DNA of 62,490 nt, filler included, from Aduncisulcus paluster (GCA_024181965.1; 5 parts of 5 records of this genome joined end to end with filler, not necessarily neighbours in it); one strand, 5' to 3'. Positions 34,301 through 46,615 are shown, counted from the first letter of the whole stretch. The notes: generated by a model not told the origin, from the sequence alone. A program made the numbers and translations.

Positions 34301-37300
34301 GTTTTTCTGGTTCAGGTTCTTTGTGAGGGATAACAAGAGCAAGACTGTTATCAAGGAGAAGGCGAAGTGCATCAGAAGCTGTCATTCGAGCCTGGAATTG
34401 GAACTCGGTGGATGCCTTGGGTTTTGTTGTCCGACTTGTCATGGTTCGAGAGGTTATAACAGATTTTTGGGAAGGAGATCGTTTCATTCCAAAGGAGTCA
34501 CGAAGGTTCTTTTTCCCGAATACTGTTCCAGTGCCAGATTTCTGAGGAGTTTCCTTCAATTCAGCAGCATAACTACGGTGACAGAGCATAACAGCACGAG
34601 CTATATGGGCAGTTGCAGCTTGTACAACGGAGGGGGAGAGATCTTTTGAGGATATGTGCTGGAGTTCTTTCAAAAACAGGTCTGGTTTAGCTAAGAGTCG
34701 TTGGAAAGTTCGCAGTCTTGTATCTTGAGTAACTTTTCCCTTGAGTTTTGTAGAGGCATGAACCACAAGCATTGCACCAACAATTTCAGCCTCTATTCGA
34801 GAACCATTGAGATTATCTGCAAGGTTGAACAGATCCTGCTTTGTAAGAGCAGATGTAATTTCATTGCATTTCTCCATAACAATTTCCAACTCACTAAGAG
34901 GTCTTGAAAGGGCTACTTTAACCATTACAATCTCTTCTTCAACTTCCTTTAACGAGGATTCATCAACACTCAACTGCTTCTCTTGTTCGATAATGAGGGC
35001 TTTGTCCTGACCAAGTTCACTCAAAATCTTGTTCACATGGAGTTTTGCTGTCTGTTTGGCGTTTTTAACCGTTTGGAGGGAATCTACCGCCAAAGTTGAA
35101 CTCAAATCAGTATCCATCACATGTGACAATGCAGAGTTCAACACACACCGTCTCCTTGCAAGTGACAAAGTGTGATGGATAAGAATACGTTTGAAAGAAA
35201 GATTGAGGTCTTGTATATCACTCTCCGAAATTCTAAATTTACGTTGTTCAAGTTCACCATAGATCTTTGAGAAACAAGAGGATACGGCATCAATCGAGTT
35301 CTTATTGGCGAACAAAAGTTCCCATATTTTGTTTGCAAAGCCTTCTTTTGCAACGACATTGATCCATTTTCCAGCTTCTTCCTCATACTCTTCAAGGAAA
35401 ATATTCATCAACAAATCAGGAATCTCTGTTGCATCCTTAATCGGTTTTGGACGAATATTTCTTTTAATCATCAGCGGTTGAGGGGGGATTTCAGTGACAA
35501 CACCTCGAGATGTGCCCCTGGATGCAGATCCTGGTGGACCACGTGCACTTGCAGAAACAGACAACATTGTGGGCTCATCTCGATCGCTTCGATCGCTTCG
35601 AGCAGTCACATCTCCCAGCAGATATGATGAATTAGGGTTTGTGTAATGGTGACGGTATGTCTGAGGAGGAGCGTAATGTCCAGCGCCAGTCCTAGAGCTA
35701 ACAGAATGTGGAGGAATGATTCTTGATGACCCCTGGGTTGTCTGAGATCTGAACTGAGGGTGTTTCCTCTCGAATAGTACTCGAGAAAGGGAGTACTTGA
35801 AGACATCACATATAAAGTACTGACTGTAATGCTCAAAGATCACACATTGGGGAGAATAGAAGAAAGCAGGGCAGAAGTGGTGCAATAAAGCATGATGACG
35901 GTCTCCTTTTGTGACTGTAGCAACAATTCGCAGGGAGTTGAACAAGGATAAGGCGGAGATGAGCCAAGGAATGGAGCGTGGAAGAGGAAATAGAGGACTA
36001 GCAGAGGATGTAGCAGATACTGCAGAGGCCGATGANNNNNNNNNNNNNNNNNNNNAGGGAGTACTTGAAGACATCACATATAAAGTACTGACTGTAATGC
36101 TCAAAGATCACACATTGGGGAGAATAGAAGAAAGCAGGGCAGAAGTGGTGCAATAAAGCATGATGACGGTCTCCTTTTGTGACTGTAGCAACAATTCGCA
36201 GGGAGTTGAACAAGGATAAGGCGGAGATGAGCCAAGGAATGGAGCGTGGAAGAGGAAATAGAGGACTAGCAGAGGATGTAGCAGATACTGCAGAGGCCGA
36301 TGAAGTTGTTCCCATTGATCTAGGCATTCCAATTGAAATGGTTGAGGCAACAAGAGGAGATATCTCAGGAGGGTTGTCACTCTCTTGTCTTCCCATTCGA
36401 TATGAATTGATGATCATATGGACAAGCTTCCGAGAATCAAAGGAAGCAGGGATAATAGTAGCAACTTCAGCCAATCTGGGACTCCATCCACTCGTCAGAA
36501 TCTCACAAACACACTTAGCAATGACAGGAGATAGGATAACACTCTTATTAATGTGCATCAAAATGGGGGTGATGGAAGAAACTGAAACATCATCAAAACC
36601 AAACTTTTGAAATGTTTTAGAGCCAGATTTTCCAGAAGAGCCACGACTAGCCCCTTCTTTGGAAGCTTTACCCAATCCATCTCCTCTTTCTCCCTCACCT
36701 CCACCAACACCCATACTGAAAGCTGCCATCATCAGAGATTCACATAACGATTGGTACAGGGAATACATTGCTTGTAGCACTGAGGGATCACCATATTCTT
36801 CACCAAATAGAGCCAAACTCTGTCTGGCCAATGCATCCCATTCGATTCGATGAACGGCATCCTGGGCAACCTTTCTTCCAGTTATCAGTGTAACCATTGA
36901 CGTTGTTTCAGTATCTTGTGGGAGTTTGAACGGTGTGCACTGAATCAGGATTGAGGAAGNNNNNNNNNNNNNNNNNNNNCACTGAGGGATCACCATATTC
37001 TTCACCAAATAGAGCCAAACTCTGTCTGGCCAAGGCATCCCATTCGATTCGATGAACGGCATCCTGGGCAACCTTTCTTCCAGTTATCAGTGTAACCATT
37101 GACGTTGTTTCAGTATCTTGTGGGAGTTTGAACGGTGTGCACTGAATCAGGATTGAGGAAGAAGCTGTGCTCATCACACGTATATACTCATCGACATAAC
37201 AACCGAATGGAAGGACATACAGACGATGGAGAGGAGGGAGTGTGTGCACATGGGTGTACCAGGATGTTCCAAGAAGTTGTTGCTTGACCGACAATAGGGC

Positions 37301-38669
37301 GTCTTCGCCTAGATGTGGCATTGAGACAGACGAGGAGAATGGCTGTGGAGCTGCTCCAGACAAAATACCACGGCACATAGAGTTTACACGAGATAAGAGA
37401 ATCAAATCATTTTGCTGGAGAGTATTCGCTAACAAAAGTGTTTCACCCTCTTTAGCAGTCACAATGGCATTGTTCACAATGGCAAAGAGGGCAGGAACGC
37501 CAATTCTTCTCCATTTAATGTTTGAATCAGCTGATTGAAGTCTTGAAAACCTACTATCTTCTCCAAACATCCCATCAATATCTCCGAAAATACATTCACT
37601 CTGCGGTTCGATATCGAACCAACAATATTGGACCTTTTCCCACTCCCCATATTGCATTTGAGAATGCGACAAGAGAGATACGTCGTGGAATGTTGGGGTA
37701 GTATTATCAACAATAACAAATGGATTGAGCTGAGGAATGGCCTTTGTGATCTTCATGTCTTCCTTCAGAGTGGAGAAGAAAGAAGCGCACGGTTGAAGGG
37801 AAGAACGCACAGTCGAAGGAACAGGAAGAGCAGTGAATAGGTGAGAAATGGTTGACAATCCTTTCTTTGAGAGACAAGATGGTTGGATTCTTTGGAGATC
37901 AGTGCTTGAAGCAAGGAAAGGAGCAAAGAATTTCAAAGCAACACGCTGAACAAGGGTATCCTCAATATGTCCCCTGAGAACAGCAGTCAAACCCTCAATA
38001 TTACTCAATACATTGATCGTTTCAACGAGCCAGAAAGACACGAGATCAAAGGAAGAGTGAGAAAGCGGAGAGGAGAGTGAGTGGATCGAAGAGAGAATGG
38101 ATGAGGCCAAAGACAGAGGAACGACAAGACGCTGACCTTTACAGACGCCTCCAAGCTCATGAACAGATCTGACAGCATAGAGAGTGGCAGGAATGATAGC
38201 GGCAGCAATACACTTCATACGAACATCTTTTTCATTAGTGTTTCGGGAGAAGTCTCCAAAAAGATCCATAATTTCATCTTTTTCACTCTTTGCAAGACTC
38301 TTTGAGGGAGGATATGAAACAGGATCAAAACGAGTAAGCAATTCAGCCAACGGGGCATCAATTTCCTCAAGAACACTCATAGATACATTGTAAACATCAA
38401 CGACTCTCTTCCCATCCTTTAAACGCACATACTCCTCGACTGAAGGCAATGGTGGCGCACAAACGACATTTCCAAATGAAAACAATCTATTCCTGCAATC
38501 GTCATCAATGAGAGGCAACGAGAATAGGGAGAAGAAAGAAGCTGGGGAATGGATTGAACCCAAGAGACAGGATGAGGAAGCTCGGACATGTTGTTCCACA
38601 TACCGATTTCCATCACCTCCAAGAATAGCAGCAACCGAATTGATCCGTTGAGGAGTAAAAAAATGTTGC
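31326..38669 (-). CDS. Highly divergent dynein-heavy-chain-like protein (AAA4 end, stalk/MTBD, AAA5 start); 5' end beyond the scaffold edge
   Basis: SLRIVATVTKGD..HFCPAFF..FEHYSQ resembles NLHIVLCMSPVG..FPSL..DWF. LTKQDLFNL..FLKELQHI resembles the MTBD. QISPQK..KISRAKLVTKSVNKLRKAW..IGLSIVGALAFSTL resembles CC2 and GD.LL.AAF..Y. The ORF pieces are separated only by gap duplications. Confidence 0.6.
33931..37160. other. Three gap-flanking assembly duplications inside the dynein-like gene
   Basis: About 33931-34181 = 34202-34451, 35787-36035 = 36056-36303 and 36780-36959 = 36980-37159, each across a 20-N gap. Confidence 0.85.
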
Positions 38670-38769
38670 NNNNNNNNNNNNNNNNNNNNNNNNNNNNNNN
38701 NNNNNNNNNNNNNTTAATTAATTAANNNNNNNNNNNNNNNNNNNNNNNNNNNNNNNNNNNNNNNNNNNN
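38670..38769. other. Artificial scaffold linker
   Basis: N-TTAATTAATTAA-N. Confidence 0.97.
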
Positions 38770-39407
38770 ATTTTTTTCATCAAAATTATTAGCCATTTAA
38801 GTGGTAAAATTGATTTTATTATGGCCTTGATAAGGTGCACTATATAAAAACAATAATCAATAAATAAGAAGATATTTCTCTTTTAATTTGATTTATTATG
38901 ATATTTTTATAATAAAATGCTATTACAATGGTTAGATATTATATCTGTGATATTTGAGTTTTAAGATTTATTAATTCATTTTTCTTTAATAATATTTCCC
39001 ATTTATTCAAAAAATCCATTTTTTAAAAATGGAGAAATGCACCACAGCAAGAATAAAACATGACATTTGAAGATTGATGATCTTCGGAAATATAATAGGG
39101 GAAAATATTTCATCGATTGGAATAGCGTTTATTATTTCATTTAAGAAGAATATATTCAACAGAAAATTAAAAATATTGTTGTTTAATAGTGCAGGGTTAT
39201 CTTTTTTATAAGACCATTTATTGAAAAATTAATGGGCAAACGTGAATACGATTTTTAATAAATATCTATTTTATATGTTTATTTAAAATTTCATGTCTGT
39301 GAGACACACTGATAATAAAGAAATATCGATAAATTTTGGTTCGATACAATTAACCACGACAAAAGGGAACGATTTTGCGAAGTTGTTGGTTTTAGCTGAT
39401 TATCGAT

Positions 39408-41286
39408 TTGATTAAAAGATATTATATGTCTATTGAAGATAAAATTAAGAATATATTCACTTGGTCCCACAAAAAGGAAAAACTATGGATGAAATATAGA
39501 AATCTCATTCAAAAAAATATGAAAAAAAAAGACACCATAGATCTTGCCCTTAAAGATTACAAAAGTAGTTTTATACAATCAAAAGATGAATTATTACAAT
39601 GTAATCATTGCAAAAAATTTATTAAAAATGATATAAAATTATGCTGTTATCATTTGGCTACCAAAGAACATACTATGTCGATAGTATCGACCGTTCGACA
39701 TCATCGAAACAATCCCAAGAAACATTTATTAAGTTAAAAAAAGGAGATTCAGAGAAGAATGTGTTGAAAATGCTTTAATATCAGGAATTCCTATTTGTGC
39801 CATGTGTAAATTCCTGACAGTTAAATTACAAAAAAAGATCATCGATCTTGGTATTCCAACGGAGTTGATTGCGTCAACGTGTTATCATTGTTCCAAGGAT
39901 CACCTACATAAATCATTGATATCAGCCAGAGAAAAGGCTATAAATCCTCCATATTCGCTAATTCTAGACAAAACGATATCCCACGGGAAATCTGTTTTGG
40001 CACTTCTAATTCACTCTAAAATTGGTACCTACTTTATTGGATACATCGATATTGGGGATATTAAAGACAAACTATATCTTGAAGCGGTGAGAAATGAAAT
40101 GGAAATGTCTCTTCGATCATCATCAAATCGATGGATTAGATCAAAGCAGATATCCAGTAACCTTTCCCAAATCATCAAAACACCACCAGTCGACTTTAGC
40201 ATATTTATTAACAAATGTAGAAAATTCATTGGCGTGTTCCTATGATCGGATAAAAAAAATCTTACCTCCTCCCCATGAAACCATTACAAAGAGTTTGTTG
40301 AAAGAATTTAGGGAAATTGGAATTGAAAAACATGATCTAACAGCAGTGATAACGGATCGAGAGCCACTAATGGTTCGGGTGGCTGAAGAATTCGTCCATG
40401 AATCGTATGGAGATATTTGGCTGTCATGCTGCTCACATCTTATCAATTCATTAATTAAGATTTATATAGAATGGTATTTTCCAGATATTCCACCTTTTTT
40501 AAGTAATTTCGGGTATTCGGGAAATTTCAAAGAGAGAATTGAGCTATTGCAAAAGCATTAAAATTGCCCCTTATACAATATACTCCAATTAGGTGGTCCA
40601 GTTTATTAGAAGCTTACAAACATATTTGTGAGCATTGGCAATTGTACTTGGATGTGTTGAAGAAGGTCTCCTCTCCAACGGAAGAATGTAATGAAGCTAT
40701 TGATTTTTTACAAAATGTAGAATACAGATCCTTCATCAAAATAATGTTAGAGAGTTTTATACCTATATGTTTGGAAGCTCTCGAGGCGTCACAATTAGAA
40801 AAACCCTCTTATCGTGGGTATAGCCTAATTGCAAGGTTTGCTGAGAAGATGACTGACGAATGGGATATTATTCCCAAAATTAGAAAATTTTCTTTTAAGA
40901 CAGCACTATCATATTTAGTGAAAACCCTAAAATTATATTATGTGTCTATATCATTAGATCAAAGCAATTGGGACAGTTCAAGGATGTTTGATCTAAAAGT
41001 TTTAAAAGAAGGATTAAAAGTCATTAAATACGAACTGAAAAAGAAAGAATTAGCAGTTTTGGATAAATATCACGATTTATTAAAAAAAGATATACCATTT
41101 GATCTCGACAAAAGATTCTTTTCACTACGACAAATGAAACAATACTTTGATTCAATCCCATTCACTGGGGCTGCAATTGAGCGATGCTTTAGTGTTGTTC
41201 ATAGAATTAATTCAGCTTTACGTAGCCATCAATCGATGGAGACTTTGATGTTGAGTTCTATGAAATCATTTAATACAAAAGAATAA
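39408..41286 (+). mobile_element. hAT-superfamily transposase pseudogene
   Basis: C2H2/BED-like CNHC...HLATKEH, YSLILDKT (D), VITDREPLM (D), CCSH, PIRWSS and AIERCFS (E, hATC domain), spread over four frameshifted ORFs. Confidence 0.88.
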
Positions 41287-41661
41287 AACAGAAACGAAAT
41301 ACAAACCAAAGTAAAATCTATTTTTTTCAGCATTAAATAGCCCCTTAAAATTAAATAATGCGGAGAAACAGTGAAATGGATAATCAAGATTCTGACCAAA
41401 AATGCTTTGATCTTCCAAGTATCCGAGTCGTTTCAAAATAGTAATTTATATATAATACAATAAAAAATTCTTTATTTAAAATAAGCTTATATCTCCGAAT
41501 TTCAAATTCCCAAAAAAAAAACAACTCATTGGGCTAAATATATGGGTGGCTGGGTGGGTCGGACCCATGGTCAAATATTGTGTCCGACCCAAAAATAAAT
41601 TCGTTGTGCACATGTTAAGTTTATAATAACTCTCGCTGTTTTAGGGGAAGAGGGGAAGGAT

Positions 41662-41927
41662 TGTTATGCAAATTAGGAGATACAGGAAGAATTACTCAGA
41701 ATTAAAATGTTTTGTTTAGTTTACAGTCTGAGAGGTTAATTTTAGACATGTTCATAATTACAGTACAAAGAATAAAGTTAGCCTAATTAAATTGCCTCAT
41801 TTTATCTTCCCCGTCGGGTATTCACGGGAACAAAATTCCGTATAGCCCTTTCTGCGGCGTATAACTGTTGAATAGAATCTAATCAATAAATTTGCTAGCC
41901 CAGGAGTTTAAATCTTCTGAATTAACA
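41662..41927 (+). mobile_element. LTR (family A, ~266 bp)
   Basis: Polypurine tract AGGGGAAGAGGGGAAGGA (41643-41660) precedes TGTTA, and the unit ends in TAACA. It shares CAATAAATTTGCTA, about 36 nt before the end, with LTR family B. Confidence 0.6.
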
Positions 41928-42124
41928 ATAATTATTGTTAAAATTACTTTTTTATAAATTATTTTAACTTTAATTTCATTCTTTTTTTTTATATATTTTA
42001 TGCGGTTTTTAGAACACCGCCGATATCGCAGACTGGCGGACCTGCACCCACTATTTTACTAAAATAATTGTAGTACAATTTGGGGACCCTTTAATTGAAG
42101 ATCAACCAACTTCTGTACCTCAAG

Positions 42125-42366
42125 TGTAGGAATGTCAAGAAATGCATTAGTTTTCACATTCCAATAATCCAACATTATATTATTATTTTTATTAATTATT
42201 TTAAAACAATATTTTATTTCCTTTATTATATTTGTTATTTTTATTTATTTTATTTAATCTAATTACCCACTTCAATCAGGGGGTTTACTGCAGGGAGAAT
42301 GACCGTGCTTCCTCCTGAACAAACAATAAATTTGCTAACGCCATACATTTACTCGAGTGTTCCACA
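42125..42366 (+). repeat. 5' LTR (family B)
   Basis: TG...CA termini, AATAAA at 42325, direct repeat of 45353-45594. Confidence 0.9.
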
Positions 42367-42517
42367 GTTAATATTAACTGGAAATACAGTTAGTCATCTA
42401 CTTACCGAAAATATTTTATTGAACCCCACGTTTCGTAACGATCAGGGTCATCCATAATCCACTATCATCAAAAATCATTATTGTATTGATAATAACAAAA
42501 CTTTACCCCTACTAAAA

Positions 42518-43858
42518 ATGCAACCTCAGACTATTCCAACAGATCAATACGGGACCCCTATAACTATCATTGGCAGGAAAAAAAGAACACGCTATACCTC
42601 TCTACTTAGTCGAGGAACAGATGTATCTTCTCTGAACCCATTGGATCAATTTTTAAAGCCAAAACCTAGGGAATCCCTCCCACACACCCAAAACCCATTT
42701 ATATCCTCTTACGCAAAAGAGAAGCTGGATAAACCAGACAAAGAACTGGTAGACCCCGAAAAATCTGTCTCTCCGAAGTCACGTGATTGTGAAATATCAG
42801 CCGAGAGAGCACTACCTCCCTGGACATTCTCACCATCCCAGAAGGCATATATCCCGCCACAACCAGTTTGGCCAGCGACCAGAGAAGCTATTTCAATGTC
42901 CAAAACAGTCTACAATCCCTATCTAGGTACCTTCCAGCCAACTCACACAATGAGCACGGCTGACCACAGGATCAAACCACCTATCCTAAGAGACTACAAC
43001 CCGAGAGCATTCAGTGCCTTTGTAAATGAGTACCAAATCTATACTCTGCAAGGAGGACAAGCCCCTATTGAAGGCTGTGTGGTTCCAGATGTTTGGAGGC
43101 TCTCGTTTGCTTACAGAGCACCTGAGCAGCAGACTTTGACAGGCTTCGCATTGTTACAAGCTCAGCTCAACAAACAGGACGGAAAGTCAGCATACTTACG
43201 CATCTCAAAGATCAGATTACACTCACCGGTGAATTTCAGAGCATGGGACAACCTTACTTCTAGTGTCACGTCCATCATAGCGTCAGCGGGAGACTCTATA
43301 ACCCCGTACATTCCTGCAATATGCAGAGAGATAGCAAGGAAGGCAACGCACGCATACAGACCACTAGGCATGGAACTGATGGCCATGGAAGCCTCAGGAA
43401 CATGGGACATAAACGCTTACTTATACGCTGGACGAGCCTTTCTGGAGGAAAAACACAAGTTTGAGTCTAGGTTAACATCAAGGCAATCTAGTGAGAGTAA
43501 GAAGGCAGAAGGAACTTTGTCATCAGGAACTGAAAAACCGAAAGGAACAAATAACTCCAAGACGTGCAGGATCCACGGTGCTGGACACTCAGACGAAGAA
43601 TGTCGCACACAACATCCGGAACTAAGGAGAAACACAAGGAAGAGTGGTCAGCACAAACATCTGAAACACGACAAGATACATCATGAGGCACACTTTGCGG
43701 TCACGATACGTACAGACGCAGTCGAGGGCATCCCTGCGATCGCTCTTGCAGACACTGGAAGCTGCTTCAACCTCATTCATCCAGACTTAGCAGCGGAAAT
43801 CGAAAAAAAATCACCCACCCGGAGGAGACCCTCTCTATACTGTACTATACTGTACTAA
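42518..43858 (+). CDS. gag: Gag + N-terminal half of aspartic protease
   Basis: Zinc-knuckle variant CRIHGAGHSDEEC and protease ALADTGS. The stop is created by a (TACTGTACTA)2 insertion. Confidence 0.8.
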   Translation: MQPQTIPTDQYGTPITIIGRKKRTRYTSLLSRGTDVSSLNPLDQFLKPKPRESLPHTQNPFISSYAKEKLDKPDKELVDPEKSVSPKSRDCEISAERALPPWTFSPSQKAYIPPQPVWPATREAISMSKTVYNPYLGTFQPTHTMSTADHRIKPPILRDYNPRAFSAFVNEYQIYTLQGGQAPIEGCVVPDVWRLSFAYRAPEQQTLTGFALLQAQLNKQDGKSAYLRISKIRLHSPVNFRAWDNLTSSVTSIIASAGDSITPYIPAICREIARKATHAYRPLGMELMAMEASGTWDINAYLYAGRAFLEEKHKFESRLTSRQSSESKKAEGTLSSGTEKPKGTNNSKTCRIHGAGHSDEECRTQHPELRRNTRKSGQHKHLKHDKIHHEAHFAVTIRTDAVEGIPAIALADTGSCFNLIHPDLAAEIEKKSPTRRRPSLYCTILY

Positions 43859-45357
43859 CAATACTGCTTGGAAAAGACAGTAGGATAACAGCGGATGAGG
43901 CACTCACGGCAACAATAACCTTCCCAAGGGCCACCCTGGGACAACCATTAGTCCTTAATTTAGAATTCATCATATCAGACGTTGTCGGAGATGACCAGAT
44001 TATAATCGGCCGGGACACACTACTTGGACACGACCTGGTCCATTTCAACATCGCAAGAGACCCACTCAAAGAAACAGGCGACTTGAAAAAGTATGAAGAT
44101 ACACTTGAAGTAGCCCCGGAGATGAACGCTGAAGAAATGATCAGCGATGATTGTGACTTCAAGCCCGAAGTCCAAGGTTTATTAGAACAGTTCAAGTCCA
44201 TTTTCGACCCTAAACTCCCAGCTGGAGGAGCAAAGCTCAGACCTTTCCATATTACATTGATTGACGAAGAACAATACACAGCTTCGAAAGCACGATACCT
44301 GTCACCCCCTCTGAAAGAGGTTGTATCAAACCGAATCAAAGAACTGCTGGAGGCAGGCATCATCCGGCCTTCTGAGAGTAACTTTGCCTCTCCAATAGTA
44401 ATTGTAAAGAAACGGGGTGGTGGTTACAGGATGTGTGTCGACTATACACTCCTCAACTCAAACACAAGACCACTCCCGTATCCAATCCCTTTTGTTGAGG
44501 ATATTCTGACATCTCTCTCGAAGAACAAGTGGTTCGCAACCTTAGATCTACGGTCAGGATTTCACCAAATTAAAATGGCAGATGAATCAATCCACAAAAC
44601 TGCATTCGTCACCCACGAAGGACTTTTCGAATTCCTCAGAATACCTTTTGGGTGTAGAAACTCCCCAACCTTCTTCCAAATGGAAATGGCAAGGGCTTTT
44701 AACGACCTGAAAGGGAAGAGTTGTTTCATTTTCATTGATGACATTGTCGTCTTTGGAAAAGACAAAGAGACCTTCCTGACCAACCTAAAGGCAGTGCTCC
44801 AGCGGATCGAAAGCCTTAACTTAAAATGTAAAGCATCGAAATGCCTCTTTGCAGCCAACAAACTAGAATACCTAGGAAGAGAGATCTCAGAGCACGGGAT
44901 CAGAGTTGCGAGGAGCAGGCTCACAGACATCTTGGAACTGAAACCCCCAACGAATATAAGGGGCATCAGGCAAGTATGTGGACTCTTTAACCACTACAAG
45001 AAATACATCAATAACTATGCAGAGATCATTGAACCTATCCAAGCGATGCTCAGAACCAAAAACTTCATATGGACCCCACTGTGTGGAAAAAGCTTCAGAA
45101 CCCTTAAAGAAGCTCTCACCAAAAGACCGATACTGGCCCATATTGACTACAGTTTTCCGATATTCCTCCAAACAGACGCCTCTGATGTGGGTGTAGGAGG
45201 GATTCTATATCAGGAAATTGATGGAGAACAGAAAGCCATATGTTTCATCAGCAAAACATTAACATCCACTGAACGCAGATGGACAACAAACGAAAAAGAA
45301 ATGTACGCTATTAAATATTGTGTAGAAGATCAACCAACTTCTGTACCTCAAGTGTAG
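43858..45357 (+). CDS. pol: Pol: protease C-half, reverse transcriptase and truncated RNase H
   Basis: IIGRDTL, SPIVIVKK..YRMCVDY, LDLRSGFHQ, PFGCRNSP, FIDD, QTDASD, EKEMYAI. The frame is open from 43858, upstream of the called start at 44083. Confidence 0.93.
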   Translation, partial: TILLGKDSRITADEALTATITFPRATLGQPLVLNLEFIISDVVGDDQIIIGRDTLLGHDLVHFNIARDPLKETGDLKKYEDTLEVAPEMNAEEMISDDCDFKPEVQGLLEQFKSIFDPKLPAGGAKLRPFHITLIDEEQYTASKARYLSPPLKEVVSNRIKELLEAGIIRPSESNFASPIVIVKKRGGGYRMCVDYTLLNSNTRPLPYPIPFVEDILTSLSKNKWFATLDLRSGFHQIKMADESIHKTAFVTHEGLFEFLRIPFGCRNSPTFFQMEMARAFNDLKGKSCFIFIDDIVVFGKDKETFLTNLKAVLQRIESLNLKCKASKCLFAANKLEYLGREISEHGIRVARSRLTDILELKPPTNIRGIRQVCGLFNHYKKYINNYAEIIEPIQAMLRTKNFIWTPLCGKSFRTLKEALTKRPILAHIDYSFPIFLQTDASDVGVGGILYQEIDGEQKAICFISKTLTSTERRWTTNEKEMYAIKYCVEDQPTSVPQV

Positions 45358-45594
45358 GAATGTCAAGAAATGCATTAGTTTTCACATTCCAATAATCCAA
45401 CATTATATTATTATTTTTATTAATTATTTTAAAACAATATTTTATTTCCTTTATTATATTTGTTATTTTTATTTATTTTATTTAATCTAATTACCCACTT
45501 CAATCAGGGGGTTTACTGCAGGGAGAATGACCGTGCTTCCTCCTGAACAAACAATAAATTTGCTAACGCCATACATTTACTCGAGTGTTCCACA
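45353..45594 (+). repeat. 3' LTR (family B)
   Basis: Copy of 42125-42366, followed by CAAG. Confidence 0.9.
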
Positions 45595-45598
45595 CAAG

Positions 45599-45966
45599 TA
45601 CCCATTCAAGAAATTCTGGAGAAACAGCAAGAGCAGATTGATTCCATGAACGCCGCATTGCTGAAACTGACCTCAATGATGAAGTCTATCGTTGAAAAGG
45701 ACACCCAAATAACAGAATCCCAAGCCAAACGTCACGAGATAATCTCATATATGGACCGAGAAGACAGCACGGAAACAACGCCGCAACAGGCCATCCCACC
45801 GCTTCCAAAAAATCATCCACCTCAACTTCAAAAACCCTTGGAGAGGAAGGAGTTGGAACCTTCAATGTTCGAGCCTGATATCCACCTACCGACGAGTTTC
45901 TCAATGTGTTCTATTTTTAGACCAAGGTCGACAACATTCAGAAACTATCACTTTGTGCTTATTTAA
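45599..45966 (+). pseudogene. Continuation of the ORF interrupted by element B (possibly the gag of element A)
   Basis: Removing element B and one TSD joins ...GDPLIEDQPTSVPQV (42079-42124) in frame to PIQEILEKQQEQIDSMNAALL. Confidence 0.55.
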
Positions 45967-46132
45967 TCTGATTATCGACTGCATAGTTGTTTCTTAAATA
46001 ATGAATAATGATAACGAAAGCTCATTGTCACATGAAACCTCCCAAAAGGAGGTCTTACCAACCCAAATGGCTTCTGCGACCACAGGCCGAGCTGAGCTTC
46101 CTGAGGAGGACAAAATGTCAGAAATCGAACTC

Positions 46133-46537
46133 TTACGAAAAGAAGTACTCATACTCCGGGAAAGAACGATTAGAAGGGACGAAAGAGAGAAAAGAAAGGA
46201 CTGGGCCTATCCCCGCCGGTACACTTCTCCTGGAGCGACTCGATGAGATGCGGAGAGTTTCTGCGCCTTCCGTCACCAAAATGCTTTCCAAATCAGAGCT
46301 TAAAGCCTTTCTAACATCGGTTGGTGTTATCTTATCAACATCATCATCAGCCAGTTTTTCCTTGATAATTTTATCAATTAGCTTTTCGCCGTTATGCTTT
46401 CTCCATGATAGGGCCTTATGTATTCCTTGATAAATCTGAGTTAATGGGGGAGGTCTGGATCTTTTTAATAATTCCTCCAACATATCAGCATTGTACTCAT
46501 GGAGTTCTCTGTCGCTTATGTCACCTCTTGTACTCAT
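46133..46537 (-). pseudogene. Possible Gag-like fragment
   Basis: LHEYNADMLEELL..PPLTQIYQGIHKAL resembles the capsid-like pattern of the other gag fragments. Weak. Confidence 0.3.
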
Positions 46538-46615
46538 TTTTGACGATAATTAAAGTTTTGTTGAACCAAAAAGAATTTATATTTACTCATGTCACACAAA
46601 GTATGTTTTAACATT

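Larger units (their letters stand above)
42125..45594 (+). mobile_element. Ty3/gypsy LTR retrotransposon (family B), integrase missing
   Basis: Apparently identical 242-bp LTRs (42125-42366 and 45353-45594; TGTAGGAA...TTCCACA), 4-bp TSD CAAG (42121-42124 and 45595-45598), and internal gag-pro-RT-RNase H. Confidence 0.88.

Noticed and set aside
43820..43860. Programmed gag-pol ribosomal frameshift
   Set aside because: The break falls mid-protease and is fully explained by the pentamer insertion.
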